NCBI GenBank assembly: GCA_038851325.1
Contig: JAWCKZ010000015.1
Span: forward strand, 1 to 16,192
Origin: Candidatus Bilamarchaeaceae archaeon
GTDB lineage: Archaea > Micrarchaeota > Micrarchaeia > Anstonellales > Bilamarchaeaceae
Direction of reading: 5' to 3'
Length of the DNA: 16,192 nucleotides
The position numbers and the translations under genes were made by a program. The notes below the pieces were generated by a model, which was not told the DNA's origin, did not search any database, and saw nothing but the letters and a program-made list of their open reading frames with translations. Positions 14,052 through 16,192 of the stretch are shown in pieces. Position 1 is the first letter of the stretch, and each line of letters begins with the position of its first letter.

Positions 14052-15179
14052 ATGGGGAGCCAACGCTTAGAAATAGGAAAAGAAGTTTCTGTTACTCCAG
14101 TTGAGAAGGTAGAGACCGGCTTCCAGGACAAGCTTAAGGATGATCCAAAATACCAGCAATTGAAAGAGCAGAACATCAAGCAGATAACGCAGGCATATAG
14201 AGCGCAGGGGATGCCGGATTTTGAGGCGAAGAAGAAGGCTGAGACTGTTGTTGCCAATGCAGAAACAACAATTATGAAGTCAATTATGGAGAGCGCGACA
14301 ACTGGGCAAAAGCTTACTCTTGAGCAGCTGAAACCACTTATACCTTCAAGCATAACAGATGAAAAGATACGTGATACTGTGCTTCAAGGGCTGATAGATA
14401 TGCAAAAGAGGGCGACCTTGCATGCTTGCATGATCTATTTTGTAACGGGAGATGAGTCTGCATTTGCAGGTACTATTCGTGGTGTTCCACCTGTAGTTGC
14501 TAAAATTATACTTGAAAACGGAAGCCCAATAAAGGCACTTGTCAATGATTATGCTGCCAAAAAGGGGATAAGGATAGACCAAGCGTTTGAGGAATTATGG
14601 GAGGCCAAAGAGTTCAGGGAACTATGCCAGTCGGCAATTGATGGCAAATATAACAAAGAGCTTGAAAGTAAACTCAGAGAGGCAAAGGGGCTTACTACTG
14701 ATAAAGAAACTGTTGATAAGCAGGTTGCTGATGCGTTCGACTGGGGTGCTGAGAAGGCACTTGATGCAGGCGTCTCGGCTTCTGTCGTCCGGGAGGCGGC
14801 TGCTGAGCTTGCAAAAGACAATAAATATATCTGGGATGCGGTGAAGGATCTTCTGAGTAATGCTGTGAAGGACGTTGCTGAGAAGATTGGGGCAATGAGG
14901 GCAGAGGAAATGACAAAGGAAGCAATGGCTAAAGAGCTTGAGAGGCTGAAAAAATTGCTGACAGAGTTCATTAACAAGGAAACTGTTGATAGAATTATCG
15001 CTATTTTAACTGATGAGAAGTTTAAGCTTGAGGAGAGAAAACAGAAAACGCAAACTAAAGCTCCGAGTAAGGAGAAGAAAGAGATCGATTCCCTGATAGA
15101 AACAGAACTGAAGCAGATATCAGAAGCGCAGACATCTAAAAAACCGCTGGCTGCGATGGTCCCGAGACGAATAGGATAG
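14052..15179 (+). CDS. Hypothetical charged alpha-helical protein (family B), 375 aa
   Basis: Paralogous to the C-terminal half of the 9071 protein (PLIP, ALVxxYA, YNKELE, DKxTxDKxVA, AAxxLAxxNxYI). No SD, and TATTAAAA at 14021-14028 suggests a leaderless transcript. Confidence 0.85.
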   Translation: MGSQRLEIGKEVSVTPVEKVETGFQDKLKDDPKYQQLKEQNIKQITQAYRAQGMPDFEAKKKAETVVANAETTIMKSIMESATTGQKLTLEQLKPLIPSSITDEKIRDTVLQGLIDMQKRATLHACMIYFVTGDESAFAGTIRGVPPVVAKIILENGSPIKALVNDYAAKKGIRIDQAFEELWEAKEFRELCQSAIDGKYNKELESKLREAKGLTTDKETVDKQVADAFDWGAEKALDAGVSASVVREAAAELAKDNKYIWDAVKDLLSNAVKDVAEKIGAMRAEEMTKEAMAKELERLKKLLTEFINKETVDRIIAILTDEKFKLEERKQKTQTKAPSKEKKEIDSLIETELKQISEAQTSKKPLAAMVPRRIG

Positions 15180-15231
15180 ATGTGCAAAAACATTGAACTG
15201 AGAGCGAACAACGCTAATGGGTGAGAAAAAT

Positions 15232-15333
15232 ATGCGCAACGTCATTCTTATTTTTTCTATGGATCTGCAGATACCGCAGAAGTTCGATACAAGGGCAAAC
15301 AGCATAAAAACAGAGCTGCCGTTCGGGTTGTGA
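15232..15333 (+). CDS. Possible small protein (33 aa) upstream of guaAA
   Basis: GGTGA at 15220-15224, then ATG 15232: MRNVILIFSMDLQIPQKFDTRANSIKTELPFGL*. Stop is 4 nt before the guaAA start. No homology recognised. Confidence 0.25.
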   Translation: MRNVILIFSMDLQIPQKFDTRANSIKTELPFGL

Positions 15334-15337
15334 GAAG

Positions 15338-15934
15338 ATGATTTTGATAATAGACAACGGCTCGCAGTATACCCATCTCATCAAACGAAATTATCGAGAT
15401 ATGGGCATGGTTGTAGAGATCATAAACGCCCGGGAGAAATACGAAGATGTAAGAGAAAGGATAGAAGGTGCTGATGCGCTTATACTATCCGGAGGGCCGA
15501 ACTCAGTATACGCCGAAAGCAAGGAAAATCTCAGCAAAGCAACGTGTCGATTTATAAGGGAAGGAGAGATACAAAAGCCTCTCCTTGGAATATGCTATGG
15601 CCATCAGATGATCGGATACGTATGGGGAGCAAATGTAGCAAAAGGTGGGAGCGCAGAATATGGTGTGAGCGATATAATAATTGATGATGAAGACGCGATC
15701 CTCAAAGGCTTGCCAAAAAAATTCCGCGCGTGGGTATCGCATTATGACGAAGTCAAAGAAATCCCAACAGGTTTTATCAGACTTGCACATTCAGAAACAT
15801 GCAAAATAGAGGCAATGAGACACAATACCATGCCGATATTCGGCGTCCAGTTCCATCCTGAGGTCTGGCATACAGAACATGGTGAAAAAATACTCAGGAA
15901 TTTTCTGGAGGCAGCAAATGTGGGAGGAATTTAG
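15338..15934 (+). CDS. guaAA: GMP synthase glutamine amidotransferase subunit A
   Basis: Class I GATase motifs ILIIDNGSQYTHLI, LSGGP, GICYGHQ, SHYDEV, QFHPEV. Standalone subunit as in split archaeal GMP synthases. Confidence 0.93.
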   Translation: MILIIDNGSQYTHLIKRNYRDMGMVVEIINAREKYEDVRERIEGADALILSGGPNSVYAESKENLSKATCRFIREGEIQKPLLGICYGHQMIGYVWGANVAKGGSAEYGVSDIIIDDEDAILKGLPKKFRAWVSHYDEVKEIPTGFIRLAHSETCKIEAMRHNTMPIFGVQFHPEVWHTEHGEKILRNFLEAANVGGI

Positions 15935-16192
15935 AGAGCAACGACTTAGCGTGCTGAGGGATGCAATAGAAAAAAATAAGGTTGATGAGGGAATAATACC
16001 ACTTATTGAAAAGATAAATAAAAATGAAAATCTTGTTACCACTTCATCCTGCTTTGGCAGAATAGTGCTGCTCGGCTTCGACCTTATAAAAAGAAAACAA
16101 ACTGCTGAATTCTATAGAAAATGGCATAGGAAGGTTGAAACCGAAGAAGTGGAGCTTGCTGTTGTTTCTTATACCGGGAAGCTACCTCTTTG
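15918..16192 (+). CDS. taw3: tRNA wyosine methyltransferase Taw3/TYW3, 5' part (runs off the window end)
   Basis: Not in the ORF track. MWEEFREQRLSVLRDAIEKNKVDEGIIPLIEKINKNENLVTTSSCFGRIVLL...KWH matches the Tyw3 pattern VDxxIxxLxxxIN...TTSSCxGRI. SD GGAGG at 15907-15911. Overlaps guaAA by 17 nt. Confidence 0.9.
   Translation, partial: MWEEFREQRLSVLRDAIEKNKVDEGIIPLIEKINKNENLVTTSSCFGRIVLLGFDLIKRKQTAEFYRKWHRKVETEEVELAVVSYTGKLPL

Noticed and set aside
9071..15179. Diversity-generating retroelement, provirus or transposon as the explanation for the paralogy
   Set aside because: There is no reverse transcriptase, integrase, transposase or capsid gene, and no near-identical template/variable repeat pair differing at adenines.
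16036..16063. Taw3 motif variant TTSSCFGR instead of TTSSCSGR
   Set aside because: It is a single substitution with the flanking conserved residues intact, and the gene is incomplete in this window, so no functional claim is supportable.

Overview
Archaeal chromosomal window. It shows GGTGA/GGAGG Shine-Dalgarno sites, TTTAWA TATA boxes and archaeal information-processing genes. The compact, divergent proteins suggest a DPANN lineage such as Ca. Micrarchaeota, but that is inference only. Positions 1-5926 hold a housekeeping block: pfdA (partial), ftsY, then the exosome superoperon core rrp4-rrp41-rrp42-rpl37ae-rpoP-Brix-pcc1-pfdB-DHH. The rpoP/Rpo12 gene was missed by the ORF track and has lost all four zinc-binding cysteines. 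Next come a convergent PHP-family phosphoesterase and a Glu/Leu/Phe/Val dehydrogenase. An accessory block at about 9.0-15.3 kb has an internally paralogous layout: [A-B fusion, 711 aa] - [MITE-like/structured spacer] - [acylphosphatase + 14-heptad coiled coil] - [acylphosphatase + coiled coil] - [A, 292 aa] - [B, 375 aa]. The two A-family proteins share an MKRxLYD...NAVL...CAS leader, and the two acylphosphatase genes share a conserved promoter motif. The window ends with guaAA and a partial taw3. No rRNA, tRNA, CRISPR array, transposase or integrase is seen.
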